From NCBI GenBank assembly GCA_965219995.1, contig CBDCOX010000002.1, positions 2,464,001 to 2,528,000 on the forward strand: a stretch of DNA of 64,000 nt, written 5' to 3'. The notes under the pieces were generated by a model. The model was not told the DNA's origin. It worked only from the letters and a program-made list of their open reading frames with translations, and searched no databases. The DNA is from Candidatus Latescibacterota bacterium. GTDB taxonomy: Bacteria > Latescibacterota > UBA2968 > GCA-2709665. The position numbers and the translations under genes are program-made. Shown here one piece after another: positions 36,644 through 47,028 of this stretch (positions are counted from its first letter, which is position 1; each line of letters opens with the position of its first letter).

Positions 36644-37749
36644 AACACAGGAATTCAGCACCCATTGCCGTGCTCGCGCTCTGCGCCTGCGTGCTGTCGT
36701 GCGGGCCGCGGGAGGACGCCGAAACGAGCGGGTCGGCCGAAGAGGGCGTGGATACGCTCCGGGCCGTCCCCGTCGACGCGAGGGTCGTGCGCCGCGAGAT
36801 CGTGGAGGAGGCGGTCGAAGTCGCGGGCGTCATTCTTCCGCACGGCGCGGTGGACGTGGTCGCCGAGACCGGAGGGCGGCTGACGGACGTCAGGGCCGAA
36901 GTCGGCGCGCGCGTCATGGCGGGGGACACCCTGGCCGTGATCGACGACCGCGTGGCCCGGAGCCGCCTCGAACACGCCGTCGCGCAGGTGTTATCCTCGG
37001 AGAACAACCTGAATATCGCGCGACTGAATTTCGAAAGCGACCGGCAGCTTCTGGATTCCGGGGACATCTCCAGGCTGGCGTTCGAGACGTCGCGGTTTGC
37101 CGTCAAGTCCGCGGAGGCCGAGTTGAAATCGAACCAGGCCGAATTGAGTCGCGCGCGCAAAGGGTTCGAAGACACCCGGCTGGTGAGCCCGATCGACGGA
37201 TGGGTATCCAGAAAGCACGTGGAGCCCGGAGCGATGATATCCACCGGCGCGACGGGTTATCGGGTCGTCGATCTGACAACCATGAAGATCACACTGGGAA
37301 TCCCCCAGTCGGCCATCGGCCGCATCCGGGCGGGCGGCCCGGTACGCATTACCGTCGCGGCGCTGGGTCACCGGGGGTTCGATGGTACCGTCCGCTACAT
37401 CTCCCCGCAGGCCGAAGAGGAGACCGGAGCGTTTCCCGTTGAAGTCCACGTGGCCAACACGTCCGACACGTCGATCCGCGGGGGTATGTCGGCCCGCTGT
37501 CGTGTGATGCTGGGCGGATCCAGTCCTCAGTTCGTCGTTCCCGGCAACACGGTTCTCGCGCGAAACGGAAGGGAGCACGTCTATCGGATCCGGAAGGGCA
37601 TCGCGCGGCTCACCGAGGTAACGACCCGCGAAACGTTCGGTTCCCGGGTTTCCGTGGAAGCCGGGCTCGCGGAGGGGGACACGATCGTCGTCGGGGGCAT
37701 GCTGCGTCTGGGTGTGGAAACCCCCGTTACGATTCGAGCCTTCCGATGA
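36640..37749 (+). CDS. RND efflux periplasmic adaptor (lipoprotein)
   Basis: Lipobox VLSC; VAETGG, SPIDG, GLAEGDTIVVGG. Confidence 0.9.
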   Translation: MKHRNSAPIAVLALCACVLSCGPREDAETSGSAEEGVDTLRAVPVDARVVRREIVEEAVEVAGVILPHGAVDVVAETGGRLTDVRAEVGARVMAGDTLAVIDDRVARSRLEHAVAQVLSSENNLNIARLNFESDRQLLDSGDISRLAFETSRFAVKSAEAELKSNQAELSRARKGFEDTRLVSPIDGWVSRKHVEPGAMISTGATGYRVVDLTTMKITLGIPQSAIGRIRAGGPVRITVAALGHRGFDGTVRYISPQAEEETGAFPVEVHVANTSDTSIRGGMSARCRVMLGGSSPQFVVPGNTVLARNGREHVYRIRKGIARLTEVTTRETFGSRVSVEAGLAEGDTIVVGGMLRLGVETPVTIRAFR

Positions 37750-37794
37750 GTCGGACGGACGTCGCAAGGATCCGGCACATGAGGCATTCCTGAT

Positions 37795-40700
37795 ATGTCG
37801 ATCGCGAAATTCTCGGTTCGAAACCCGGTATTGGTGAACCTGGTCATGGTGGGCCTGCTCTGCTTCGGCGGCATCAGTCTCTTCAGCATGCCGCAGGAGA
37901 TGAACCCGCAGATCGACTTCAACTGGGTGATTGTCTCGATCCCGTACCCGGGCGCCAGCCCGGAAGAGGTGGAGAGCCTGATCGTCGTGCCCATCGAAGC
38001 GGAAATCCACGACCTCAACAAGATCGACGAGCTGCAGTCCACGGCAGACGCGGGCCTGGCCCTGTTCCTCGTCAAGTTCGAAGACATGTCGGAGTCCGAA
38101 TTCAGGGAGGTCTACACGGACCTCAAGGGGCGTATCGACCGGGTGGAGCTCCCGGATGCGGCAGAGGACCCCGAGGTGGACGACTTCGACAGCGGCGACT
38201 TCCTGCCCGTACTCACCGTCAACATGGCATTCACGATCCCGGAGGAAAACGCCCAGATTGTCGCCGACGATCTCGAGGATGACCTGAAGGACATATCGGG
38301 CGTCGCCAGGGTGCAGGTTGCGGGCCTCCCCGAACGGGAAATCTGGGTCGAAGTCGATCCCTCCCGGCTGGCTGCCCGCGGCCTGACGGTCCAGGACGTG
38401 GTCCGGGCGATGCAGGCGAGAAACCTGAACGTATCCGGCGGCACCCTCACCTACCGCGCGAAGGAGTACGCCATCCGGTCCCTGGCGGAATTCCGGAGCG
38501 TGGAGGAGATTCGCGAGACAATCGTCCGGACGGCTCCACGCGGCGAGACCGTCAGAGTCAGGGACGTCGCCAGGGTCCGGGACCGCCGCGAAGAACCCCA
38601 GGTCCTCTCCAGGCTGAACGGCAAGCCGTCCATCACATTCTCTCTGTCCAAGACAACCGACGCGAATACGAACGACATGATCCTGGCCGTCAAGGAGACG
38701 ATCCGCAGGTACGAGGAACGCGTACCGGACGGAATCAGCTTCACCTTTACGGACGACAACTCCGTCTACATCAACCGGGTGATCGCGGCGCTACGGAACA
38801 ACGCGCTCACGGGCATGGTGCTCATTTCACTCGTACTCTGGCTTTTCCTGGGCTCCTGGAACGCCTTTCTGGCGACGATCGGGATCCCCATCTCATTCTT
38901 CATCACCTTCATTCTGCTGGGCGTTTTCGGATATACCATAAACGGGAGCACGCTGTTCGCGATGGTGATGGTACTGGGCATCATCGTGGACGACGCCATC
39001 ATCGTGATCGAGAACTGCCACCGCTACCGGCTGCAGGGCCACAGCGCCGGCGAGGCCGCCATCCTGGGCGCGGGCGAAGTGACAACGCCGATCATCAGTT
39101 CCGTAGGCACCAACATTGCCGCGTTCCTGCCCTTGATCCTGTTGCCGGGCGTGATGGGGAAGTTCATGCGGATCATCCCGTTGACCTTCGCGCTCGCGCT
39201 GGCCGCTTCCCTGTTCGAGGCGTTCGTCCTTCTGCCTTCGCACTACGCCGAATGGACCCGGCGGTCCAACGCCCACAAGCGGGGCGAACAGCCGTTTTTC
39301 AGGAAACTCCGCAGAATCTACGGCCGAATGCTGGTGCGCACGCTGCGGCGGCGCTACTGGGTGATCGGCGCCCTGGTCGGCGTCCTCATCGGCGCCGTGA
39401 CGATCCTCGGCCGGCTTCCCATCGACATCTATGCCGACGATGAACTGGACGCGTTCAAGGTGCTCATCAAGTTCCCCGAAGGAACCAGCCTGCACGAGTC
39501 GGACCGCGTCACCCGCGCCTACGAGGCCGAGGCGCTCCGGCTTTCCGAAGCGGACGTGGAGGGCGTCGTCGTAAACGTGGGTCTCCTGCAGAGCAACAAC
39601 GAGTGGCTGACGCGGAAGAGCGTCTCACAGGTCCTCGTACAGCTAAAGCCCAAAGAAGAACGCGCGAGGATGTCTGAGGAACTGATGGATATGCTCCGGG
39701 AGCGCACGGAGCACATCGAGGGACCCGCTTCGGTCAGCTTCGAGCTGTTCGCCGGAGGGCCGCCCGAAGGCAAACCGATTTCCGTAAAGGTTCAGGGTCG
39801 TTATCTCGAGCAGATGAAGGAAGCCGCGCTTGTGCTTCAGGACTCGCTGCGCCGGATCCCGGGCACGCTGGAAGTGACCGACGACTTCCCGCCCGGCAAG
39901 GAGACGATCCGGATCGAAGTGGACGAAGTCAGAGCGGCGCTGTACGGTTTCTCGGCCAGGGAAGTGGCCCTGAACGTCCGGTACGCGTTCGACGGGGTCA
40001 AAGCCACGACGTTCAGAGATGGTGACGAAGAGGTCGACGTCATCGTACAGTACGACAGAGCAAACCGGTCGACCGTGGAAGACGTGCTGAACGTACAGGT
40101 GACGAACACAAGCGGGGTAACGGTCGCACTGCGTGACATGGTCTCCTTCTCAATCGGTCCGGGACGCACGAAGATCAAGCGCTTCGACCGGAATCGGACC
40201 ATCATCGTCACCGGCGAGATCGACGAAGCCGTATTGTCCCTGGATCAGATCAACAGCAGATTGCTCGAGATCTTTCCATCGATCGAAGCGCAGTATTCCG
40301 ACGTCAGCTTTCATATCGGCGGGGAGTTTACGGATTTCCTGGAAGCGTTCGATAACGTCGCGGCGCTGTTCGCCGTCAGCCTGATTCTGATGTTTCTGAT
40401 CCTGGGAACCCAGTTCAATTCCTACGCGCAACCGCTGGTGATCCTGACTTCCGTACCCTTCGCGATCATCGGCGCGCTGCTCGGTCTGTTGATTTCGGGC
40501 AATCCCTTCAGTCTGATTTCAATATTCGGCTTCGTGGCCCTGGCGGGAATCGTCGTCAACGACGCCATTGTGATGGTGGCTTTCATGAACAGACGGCGAC
40601 GTCCCGGCGGGTCCGTGACGAACGTCTGGCGGAGCATCGTGAACGCCGGTCGGTTGCGGCTGCGGCCGATCATCCTCACTTCGGTGACCACGATATCCGG

Positions 40701-40899
40701 CCTGATGCCGATGGCCATCGGCATCGGCGGAAAGTCCGCCCTCTGGTCGCCGCTGGCGAACGTCATCCTTTTCGGATTGCTCGTTTCCACCGTGCTTACG
40801 TTATTCGTGATACCCTGCTTCATGGCTGTCCTGGACGATATCAAACGCGTGCGGAAGAAGGCCCGGTTGCGGCTCTACGCGCCACCAGGTCCCGCATGA
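37795..40899 (+). CDS. RND efflux permease (AcrB/AcrD/AcrF family)
   Basis: YPGASPEEVE, GIIVDDAIIVIEN, GIVVNDAIV, RLRPIILTS. Confidence 0.95.
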   Translation: MSIAKFSVRNPVLVNLVMVGLLCFGGISLFSMPQEMNPQIDFNWVIVSIPYPGASPEEVESLIVVPIEAEIHDLNKIDELQSTADAGLALFLVKFEDMSESEFREVYTDLKGRIDRVELPDAAEDPEVDDFDSGDFLPVLTVNMAFTIPEENAQIVADDLEDDLKDISGVARVQVAGLPEREIWVEVDPSRLAARGLTVQDVVRAMQARNLNVSGGTLTYRAKEYAIRSLAEFRSVEEIRETIVRTAPRGETVRVRDVARVRDRREEPQVLSRLNGKPSITFSLSKTTDANTNDMILAVKETIRRYEERVPDGISFTFTDDNSVYINRVIAALRNNALTGMVLISLVLWLFLGSWNAFLATIGIPISFFITFILLGVFGYTINGSTLFAMVMVLGIIVDDAIIVIENCHRYRLQGHSAGEAAILGAGEVTTPIISSVGTNIAAFLPLILLPGVMGKFMRIIPLTFALALAASLFEAFVLLPSHYAEWTRRSNAHKRGEQPFFRKLRRIYGRMLVRTLRRRYWVIGALVGVLIGAVTILGRLPIDIYADDELDAFKVLIKFPEGTSLHESDRVTRAYEAEALRLSEADVEGVVVNVGLLQSNNEWLTRKSVSQVLVQLKPKEERARMSEELMDMLRERTEHIEGPASVSFELFAGGPPEGKPISVKVQGRYLEQMKEAALVLQDSLRRIPGTLEVTDDFPPGKETIRIEVDEVRAALYGFSAREVALNVRYAFDGVKATTFRDGDEEVDVIVQYDRANRSTVEDVLNVQVTNTSGVTVALRDMVSFSIGPGRTKIKRFDRNRTIIVTGEIDEAVLSLDQINSRLLEIFPSIEAQYSDVSFHIGGEFTDFLEAFDNVAALFAVSLILMFLILGTQFNSYAQPLVILTSVPFAIIGALLGLLISGNPFSLISIFGFVALAGIVVNDAIVMVAFMNRRRRPGGSVTNVWRSIVNAGRLRLRPIILTSVTTISGLMPMAIGIGGKSALWSPLANVILFGLLVSTVLTLFVIPCFMAVLDDIKRVRKKARLRLYAPPGPA

Positions 40900-40915
40900 C
40901 ACAAAGGAGACTGGA

Positions 40916-41800
40916 ATGGCACTGACCGACGCGGAATTGAGACAGTACGAGGAGCTTGGCGCCGTCACGATCGACAGCCCGTTCACGTCCGCGGAGCTCG
41001 ACCGGGCGGAAGCCGCGTGGGACCGGCTGACGGCGAGCGGCCGGCCGCCGTACGACGACCCCGACTATCTGGACGTCTTCCAGCATCCGTACTTCGAAGA
41101 CGTGGCAAGAAAACTGTTGCGGGCGGATGCCGCGCATCTCTGGTGGGGCGTGTCGCCCCACGGCCGTCAACCGGCCAAGGCGCCGTTCGGGAGCATCCGC
41201 GACCAGTGGGCAAGCGGATGCCACACGGATATCCAGGCCACGTGGGACGACTTCAAGGCGACGCCCCGCAGGATGCGCGCGGAGCTGTGGTTCTGGCTCA
41301 ACGACGTTCCGGAGCATCGGGGGGCGATGCGCATATTGCCCGGAAGCCACCGCCCCATTATGGAATACTGGAGCCGCGTCCTCACGCCGGAGCACAAGGC
41401 GATGCTGCCTCGCGTTCACGGGGTGCGTCCGAGTCCGGCCGAAGGCACGGGGTCCTATCCGGAGCATGTGCCCGACCTGACCGATGTGCCGTGGCTGGAT
41501 CAGGAGCCGGCGCCTATGGTGGCCCGACGAGGGCAGATGCTGATTCTATGCAGTTCCGGCCTGCACTCGGCGTGGCAGAACGAGGACTCCGTGCCTCGAA
41601 AGGCGATGCTTTCGGCATGGGTCGCCACGGGCGTTTCCTGCGGACTCCCGAAAGGCCAGCGGGACTCTCTGATGGAATTCTTTCCCCGTCTGCGGGAAAA
41701 ACTGCGCCCCGATCGGGCTCACATCGTTCCGGAAGACTTCGACTGGCTCTTCGAGAGCAACTACGAGCCGAAGTGGACCGAGACGTTTATCGGGACATAG
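40916..41800 (+). CDS. Phytanoyl-CoA dioxygenase (PhyH) family protein
   Basis: HTD, GAMRILPGSH, LHSA..N..R. Confidence 0.83.
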   Translation: MALTDAELRQYEELGAVTIDSPFTSAELDRAEAAWDRLTASGRPPYDDPDYLDVFQHPYFEDVARKLLRADAAHLWWGVSPHGRQPAKAPFGSIRDQWASGCHTDIQATWDDFKATPRRMRAELWFWLNDVPEHRGAMRILPGSHRPIMEYWSRVLTPEHKAMLPRVHGVRPSPAEGTGSYPEHVPDLTDVPWLDQEPAPMVARRGQMLILCSSGLHSAWQNEDSVPRKAMLSAWVATGVSCGLPKGQRDSLMEFFPRLREKLRPDRAHIVPEDFDWLFESNYEPKWTETFIGT

Positions 41801-41862
41801 CCCGGGTTGCGCAGTCTGACTTCTTACGCAGAACAAATGTAGAAACACGGGGAGGACGTGCG

Positions 41863-43089
41863 ATGCAACCGGTCGACCGCGATCGATTCCTGGAAGAGGG
41901 CTACCTTGTGGTCAAGGAGGCCATTCCCCGCGAGAAGCTGCAGGAAGTCCGCCGGGCCTACGAGACGCTGGTGAACCGCCAGCGCGAAAACTGGAAGGCC
42001 ATGCGAAAGGAAGGCGACCCGCCGGGAGGCGAGTGGGAGACGAGCCCGCAACCCCGCCTCATGCTCCAGCGGCCGCCGCTGATCCGCGGGATCGACGCGA
42101 AGGCCGCGCCCGCGGTCGAGGTGTGGCTGGAGCCGAATATCCAGGGCGTCAGCTCCCGGCTTCTGGACGTTGCGGACGCGGCGGTAACCGAAATGATGAT
42201 GATGTGCAATCCGGTCCGCGACCACGGCCCCGCCAAGTGGCATCGCGACCACCACCCGATCGACACCGCCCCCCTCCAGGGGTATATCGACGACATCCTC
42301 GAAGGGGGACCCCGCTACGTCCAATGGAACATCCCCCTTTACGACGACAGCGTCCTGGTGGTGATTCCGGGCAGCCACATGAGGTTCAACACGACAGAGG
42401 AAAACGAGTACCTGCTGGCCGACCCTTGCCGGCCCCTGCCGAACGGCGTCCGGACCCAACTCAAAGCGGGAGACGGCGTTGTCTACATCCTCCCGCTTCT
42501 CCACTGGGGCAGCAATTACAGCCCCAGGTTGAGACGGACCATACACGGCGGGTTTTCCACCCACACGTCAATTGACGATCTTTCGTTCGCGGAACACGTT
42601 TCGACGGGAACGGCAGCCGCGTTCGAGCGCTGGAACAGACGGAGCCTGGAGATGAAGAGCCACACGGAAGAAGCGCTCAGAGCGGTTGTCGAATGCGACG
42701 GGGAGGGTTACAACGAGGCGTTGAACCGGCTTCATCCGGTCCGGGGCGAAAAGGGAAAGATGCTATCCACGGTCTTCCTGTGCAAGGCCGCATTGGCGAT
42801 CCGACTTGCCAAAAACGCGCCGTATCCGGACGTTCCGGAAGACCTGTCCCGCCGGCTCCGCGGCGGAGCCCATCCGATTACGCTCAACTGGGGTCCGGCG
42901 TTCGCGGAGCGGTTCGACGAATCAGAGGCGGAGACGTTGTGGAAACGGTTCGAGCCGCTGGACCGGCTGCTCCGGTCGGATGCGGAGCATTTCGTGCCGG
43001 GGTTCCAATCCGGGCCGATGAAATATCACTTCAACGAGATGCCGGAGGATTACACGACGTCGGACTTCATCGCGGGATGGGCTTCGTAA
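41863..43089 (+). CDS. PhyH-family dioxygenase with C-terminal extension
   Basis: FLEEGYLVV, WHRD, VIPGSH, LHWG; GGAGG RBS before ATG 41863. Confidence 0.83.
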   Translation: MQPVDRDRFLEEGYLVVKEAIPREKLQEVRRAYETLVNRQRENWKAMRKEGDPPGGEWETSPQPRLMLQRPPLIRGIDAKAAPAVEVWLEPNIQGVSSRLLDVADAAVTEMMMMCNPVRDHGPAKWHRDHHPIDTAPLQGYIDDILEGGPRYVQWNIPLYDDSVLVVIPGSHMRFNTTEENEYLLADPCRPLPNGVRTQLKAGDGVVYILPLLHWGSNYSPRLRRTIHGGFSTHTSIDDLSFAEHVSTGTAAAFERWNRRSLEMKSHTEEALRAVVECDGEGYNEALNRLHPVRGEKGKMLSTVFLCKAALAIRLAKNAPYPDVPEDLSRRLRGGAHPITLNWGPAFAERFDESEAETLWKRFEPLDRLLRSDAEHFVPGFQSGPMKYHFNEMPEDYTTSDFIAGWAS

Positions 43090-43149
43090 CGAGGGGCGCC
43101 GCGTCGGCCTGGCCGTCTGAGCGCTGACGTGCCGCCTGTCAGTCCGCGG

Positions 43150-43507
43150 CGAATGACAAAAGACGCTCGGGCATCAAGCAATGCCGCAGTAGATCCTTCG
43201 TCAGCCGGCCTGCCGATGATTCTTTGGCAGGCCGCACCGCTTCCTCAGGATGACATGTTGGGCTAATGAATGACGGACAGTTTTCAACGAAGGCTATTGT
43301 AAAGCGTGTCATTCTGAGCCAAGTCACCGTGCGCCAATCGAAACGTGGTCATTGCTTGCGCTGAGCTTGCCGAAGTGGCTTGTCGAAATGCCCGTGTTTC
43401 GGTGGCAGTGACACCCCCCACCGCATCAGCCGTCGCCGACTGCTCGATCCTTCGGTAGTTTCAGGGCGTCGGCTCGGCTTCTGCGACTCCCCCTCAAGGG
43501 GGGAGTG
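43150..43507. repeat. Inverted partial copy of the 475-bp unit plus a dispersed palindromic element (43414-43507)
   Basis: gccgcagtagatccttcgtcagcc..cttcctcaggatgacatgttgg and cgtggtcattgcttgc..tgtcgaaatgcccg are reverse complements of parts of the unit. Confidence 0.85.
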
Positions 43508-43613
43508 ATCGCGATGTTCCGCCGATCAGGTCGAGCACGATTCCAGACATTCAGGTACTGTCCGGCGCGGCAGGAGATACTTCGACAGAGGGAGCGGCAG
43601 GCGTTGGAGGGGC

Positions 43614-43829
43614 TTACTCAGAGGCGTCTAAGCGTGCTTCGTTTTTGGCAATGTGTTCGCCGAAAGAATCCAAGCGGGTGTCGATCCGATCCAGGCGGGC
43701 TTCGATCTTGTCAAAGCGAGCGTCCATTCTGCCTTCGAGTCTGTTTGTAAGCGTCCACATGGCGCCTGTCAGGGTGAACAGAAAGACGGCCATGCGGATG
43801 TTATCGGCACTGAAGATTTTCCCTATCAT
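43614..43829 (-). CDS. Small TM plus coiled-coil hypothetical protein
   Basis: One hydrophobic helix, then heptads MDARFDKIEARLDRIDTRLD; upstream TTGACA-17-TATTCT (43859-43887) and GGAG RBS. Confidence 0.72.
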   Translation of the reverse strand: MIGKIFSADNIRMAVFLFTLTGAMWTLTNRLEGRMDARFDKIEARLDRIDTRLDSFGEHIAKNEARLDASE

Positions 43830-44112
43830 GGCATACTCCGCCTGCGTTGTTTACTGGAAGAATATCCAGGTTATCAAATCTTGTCAAGGACAAATATACA
43901 ACTTGCGAGAGGGTGCGATCACACATCGTCCGGGGCGACAGGAGATACTTCCTCAACCTGGTGGCTTCCTTTATCGGTCTCCAGGCCGGCAGAACGAAAT
44001 CGAGGCAGGCAGACAGGAATGTCTGCCCCACCTTCACAGCGGCTTCCTCAGGATGACAGTTTTGGCAAGCGTGTGACCGACATGTTTCGCGAACGACGAT
44101 CTGCCGCACCGG

Positions 44113-47028
44113 CTAAAACACAAAGATGTCCTCAAGACCGACCTCGCTGACCGTGCCGAATTTCTCCAGCGCCGCGAGGTCGATTTTGTTTTTGTCCCCG
44201 ACGATGGAAATCAGCTTGACGCGGTTCTTCAGGTTCTTCCCGTAGAACCCCAGCATGTCGTCCATATCCGCGGCCTGGATTCTCTCGAATCGCGACTTTC
44301 GGGGATCCACGGGAACGCCCAGACGTTCCCAGGAACGAACGGATCCCAGGACCCGTCGAAAGCCGATTTTGCTGGTGCGGTATCTGTTCAGAATGGAGGT
44401 GCGGGCCTCTTCGAATCGCTCGGGTGTGACCGGCATGTTGTCGATCAGGTCGATGAACGCTTCCACGGCTTCGATCGTCTTGTCGGGCTGGCATGCGATG
44501 GATCCCGCCAGGAGGTTCTGGTCTCCCTTCCGGTTGCCGTTGAAGTACCGCGCCCAGGCCGAGTAGGCCAGCGCGCGGGCTTCCCGCAGTTCCTGGAAGA
44601 CGATGCCGCTCATCCCGCCGCCGAAATAGCTGTTGTAGAGTTCCGTTTCGGGAACGGACGCCTCGCTGTAATCCACGTCGCCGAATTCGATGTAGACGAG
44701 CGCCTGGGCGAGGGATTTGTTAAAAAAGCGGATTTCGGTCTTGTCGGGCGTCCTGGCCTTATAGAACCGGTACGGCGGCGGGTCATCCAGTTCGCCTGAG
44801 ATCCGATGGGTTTTCTTCAGCGCCGCCGTCACCCGTTCAAGGGGAAGAGAACCGGTATACGCGATCGTGTGCTTGTACTTCAACAGGCCCCGCACCAGCC
44901 CGTGAAGTTCCTCCACCGAAAGTTCCCGCAACGCGTCATTCGGCAGCATACGCAGGTAGCGTGACTCTTTGCCGTATCGGTTGTTCAGGACAACGCCGCC
45001 CTGAATGGTGCGGTGATTTTTTTTCGTGTCTTCGCGCTCCCCGAGAATGATGCCGACAAGCTGTTCGAGTGTCGCCTTGTCCGCCGACGGGTTGCTCACA
45101 AGCTCAGCCATCAGCTCCAGCGAGGCATCGAAGTTCTCGTCGAGGCCGGAAATGGTCACAGTGGTTTCATTGTTCCCCGCCGACAGGGAGAATTCAGTGC
45201 CGAGTTTGTACCACTCCTTCTTGAGGGCTTCGGAGGTGTGGCGTCCGGTACCCGACTTGTCGAGCAAGCGGGCGGCAACACCCATCCTGTTGTTCTGGTT
45301 GTTCCCGAGGTCCACCGTAAAGCTGAGCGTAAAGAGATCGTTGATCGGGTTGCGGGAATAGTAGAGCCGGACGCCGTCGTGGTATTCCGCGATCCGGTAG
45401 TCCTTGTCCGGATCGACAAACGTCGGCTCGATTTCTTCCGCGGGCATGGACAGTACGTTGCCGGCAAAAACGGACTGCCGGGTGGCGTCGATTTCGATCT
45501 TGTCGATCTGCGGTTTCGGAATTTTGGGAATTTCGTGCTGTTCATCCAACCGGTACCCGGCAACGTAGTTGTCCGCGAAGTATTTCCGTGCGACGCGGAC
45601 AACGTCCTCTTTGGTGACCTTTTCAAGTCGGGCGATCTCTCCGGCGGTATGGCTCCAGTCCTGGTGTGCAAGGAATGAATTCCGCATCCGGCGCACCCGG
45701 GCATTGTCCGACTCCATTTCTCTCTTCTCGTGCTTCTTGAAGTCGGTGACGATGGCGGGCAGAATCCAGTCTTCGAAACCCCCGCTCTTGACGATTTCAA
45801 TCTGATCCAGCAGCAGTTGTTCGAGTTCCTCCAGTGTCTGGCCCTTTTTGGGAATGCCCCACAGATACTGGGCGCCGTGGTCGTTGTACAGGGTGGGGTA
45901 CGATCCGGCCCTGCGTACCCTTTGTTTCTGGTTCAGGTTGAGGTTGATCAGTCCGGCCGTGGCGTTGTCCAGGATCATATCCAGGAGTTTGAGCGCGTCC
46001 GCGTCTTCGTGATTCCTTGACGCGGTCCGGAACGCCAGAAGCGCGAACTCTTCTCCCTGGTATTTGACCTTCGCCCGTTCGACGCCGTTGAGAGGCGCTT
46101 CCTTCCAGTCGGGCAACTGAGGCAGGGTACCCTTGCGCCACCCGGAGAAATGCCGGTCGATGAGTTTGATCGTTTCGTCGATCCGGATGTCCCCCGAGAT
46201 CGCGATCGCCATATTGTTGGGCACGTAATAGGTATTGTAAAACCGGTACATGTTTTTCAGCGACGGATTCTTCAGGTGTTCCACCTTTCCGATCGTGGTC
46301 TGCTGGCCGTAGGGATGTTCCTTGTATAGCAAATCGGCAACCGCGTAACTGATGATCCGGTCTTTGTTGTCCATCGACCGGTTCTTTTCTTCGTACACGG
46401 TCTCAAGTTCGGACTGGAACAGCCGGAAGACGGCGTTCCGGAAACGTTCGGATTCGATGACCGCCCAGTGACGCAGCCGGTTGGCAGGCAGATTGATCCT
46501 GTAGACCGTCTCTTCGTGCCAGGTATGGGCGTTCAGCCCGGTGCCGCCCATGGCTTTGTAGAGCTTGTCTATCTCGTTTGGTATGGCGTACGCGGCCGCA
46601 AGCTGGGACTCCTTGTTGATCTCGGCGTAGATGGCTTTCCGCTTTTCCGGGTCTGTTTCGGTGAAGTGCTCCTCATAGAGACTGGTGATGCGGTCGAGAT
46701 GCGCTTTTTCCTTCTCGTAGTCCAGTGAGCCGATGTTTTGGGTGCCCTTGAACAACATATGCTCCAGGTAATGCGCCAGTCCGGTGGATTCGGCCGGATC
46801 GTGTTTGCTGCCCGCCCGTACGATGATTTCCGCGTAAAAGCGAGGCGTCTGATGGTTTTCGGTGAGATAGACGGTAAGTCCGTTGTCCAGGCGATAGATA
46901 TGTACCGCCATCGGATCGTCGGAACCGGGTTCGTGAATCCGGGTGTACGCGGCATCGAGGCTGGATAACGGACTGCAGAGAACGGCGACGAGAAGAAATG
47001 CGGACGACGCGAAACGCAACTGACGCAT
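44113..47028 (-). CDS. M16 (insulinase-family) zinc protease, secreted
   Basis: GLAHYLEHMLFKGT, NAHT, YYVPNNM, FQELREARALAYS. Confidence 0.93.
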   Translation of the reverse strand: MRQLRFASSAFLLVAVLCSPLSSLDAAYTRIHEPGSDDPMAVHIYRLDNGLTVYLTENHQTPRFYAEIIVRAGSKHDPAESTGLAHYLEHMLFKGTQNIGSLDYEKEKAHLDRITSLYEEHFTETDPEKRKAIYAEINKESQLAAAYAIPNEIDKLYKAMGGTGLNAHTWHEETVYRINLPANRLRHWAVIESERFRNAVFRLFQSELETVYEEKNRSMDNKDRIISYAVADLLYKEHPYGQQTTIGKVEHLKNPSLKNMYRFYNTYYVPNNMAIAISGDIRIDETIKLIDRHFSGWRKGTLPQLPDWKEAPLNGVERAKVKYQGEEFALLAFRTASRNHEDADALKLLDMILDNATAGLINLNLNQKQRVRRAGSYPTLYNDHGAQYLWGIPKKGQTLEELEQLLLDQIEIVKSGGFEDWILPAIVTDFKKHEKREMESDNARVRRMRNSFLAHQDWSHTAGEIARLEKVTKEDVVRVARKYFADNYVAGYRLDEQHEIPKIPKPQIDKIEIDATRQSVFAGNVLSMPAEEIEPTFVDPDKDYRIAEYHDGVRLYYSRNPINDLFTLSFTVDLGNNQNNRMGVAARLLDKSGTGRHTSEALKKEWYKLGTEFSLSAGNNETTVTISGLDENFDASLELMAELVSNPSADKATLEQLVGIILGEREDTKKNHRTIQGGVVLNNRYGKESRYLRMLPNDALRELSVEELHGLVRGLLKYKHTIAYTGSLPLERVTAALKKTHRISGELDDPPPYRFYKARTPDKTEIRFFNKSLAQALVYIEFGDVDYSEASVPETELYNSYFGGGMSGIVFQELREARALAYSAWARYFNGNRKGDQNLLAGSIACQPDKTIEAVEAFIDLIDNMPVTPERFEEARTSILNRYRTSKIGFRRVLGSVRSWERLGVPVDPRKSRFERIQAADMDDMLGFYGKNLKNRVKLISIVGDKNKIDLAALEKFGTVSEVGLEDIFVF

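Noticed and set aside
41017-41862. N-terminal 282-aa extension of the 690-aa ORF
   Set aside because: Overlaps the upstream PhyH gene out of frame; the real start is ATG 41863 with an RBS.
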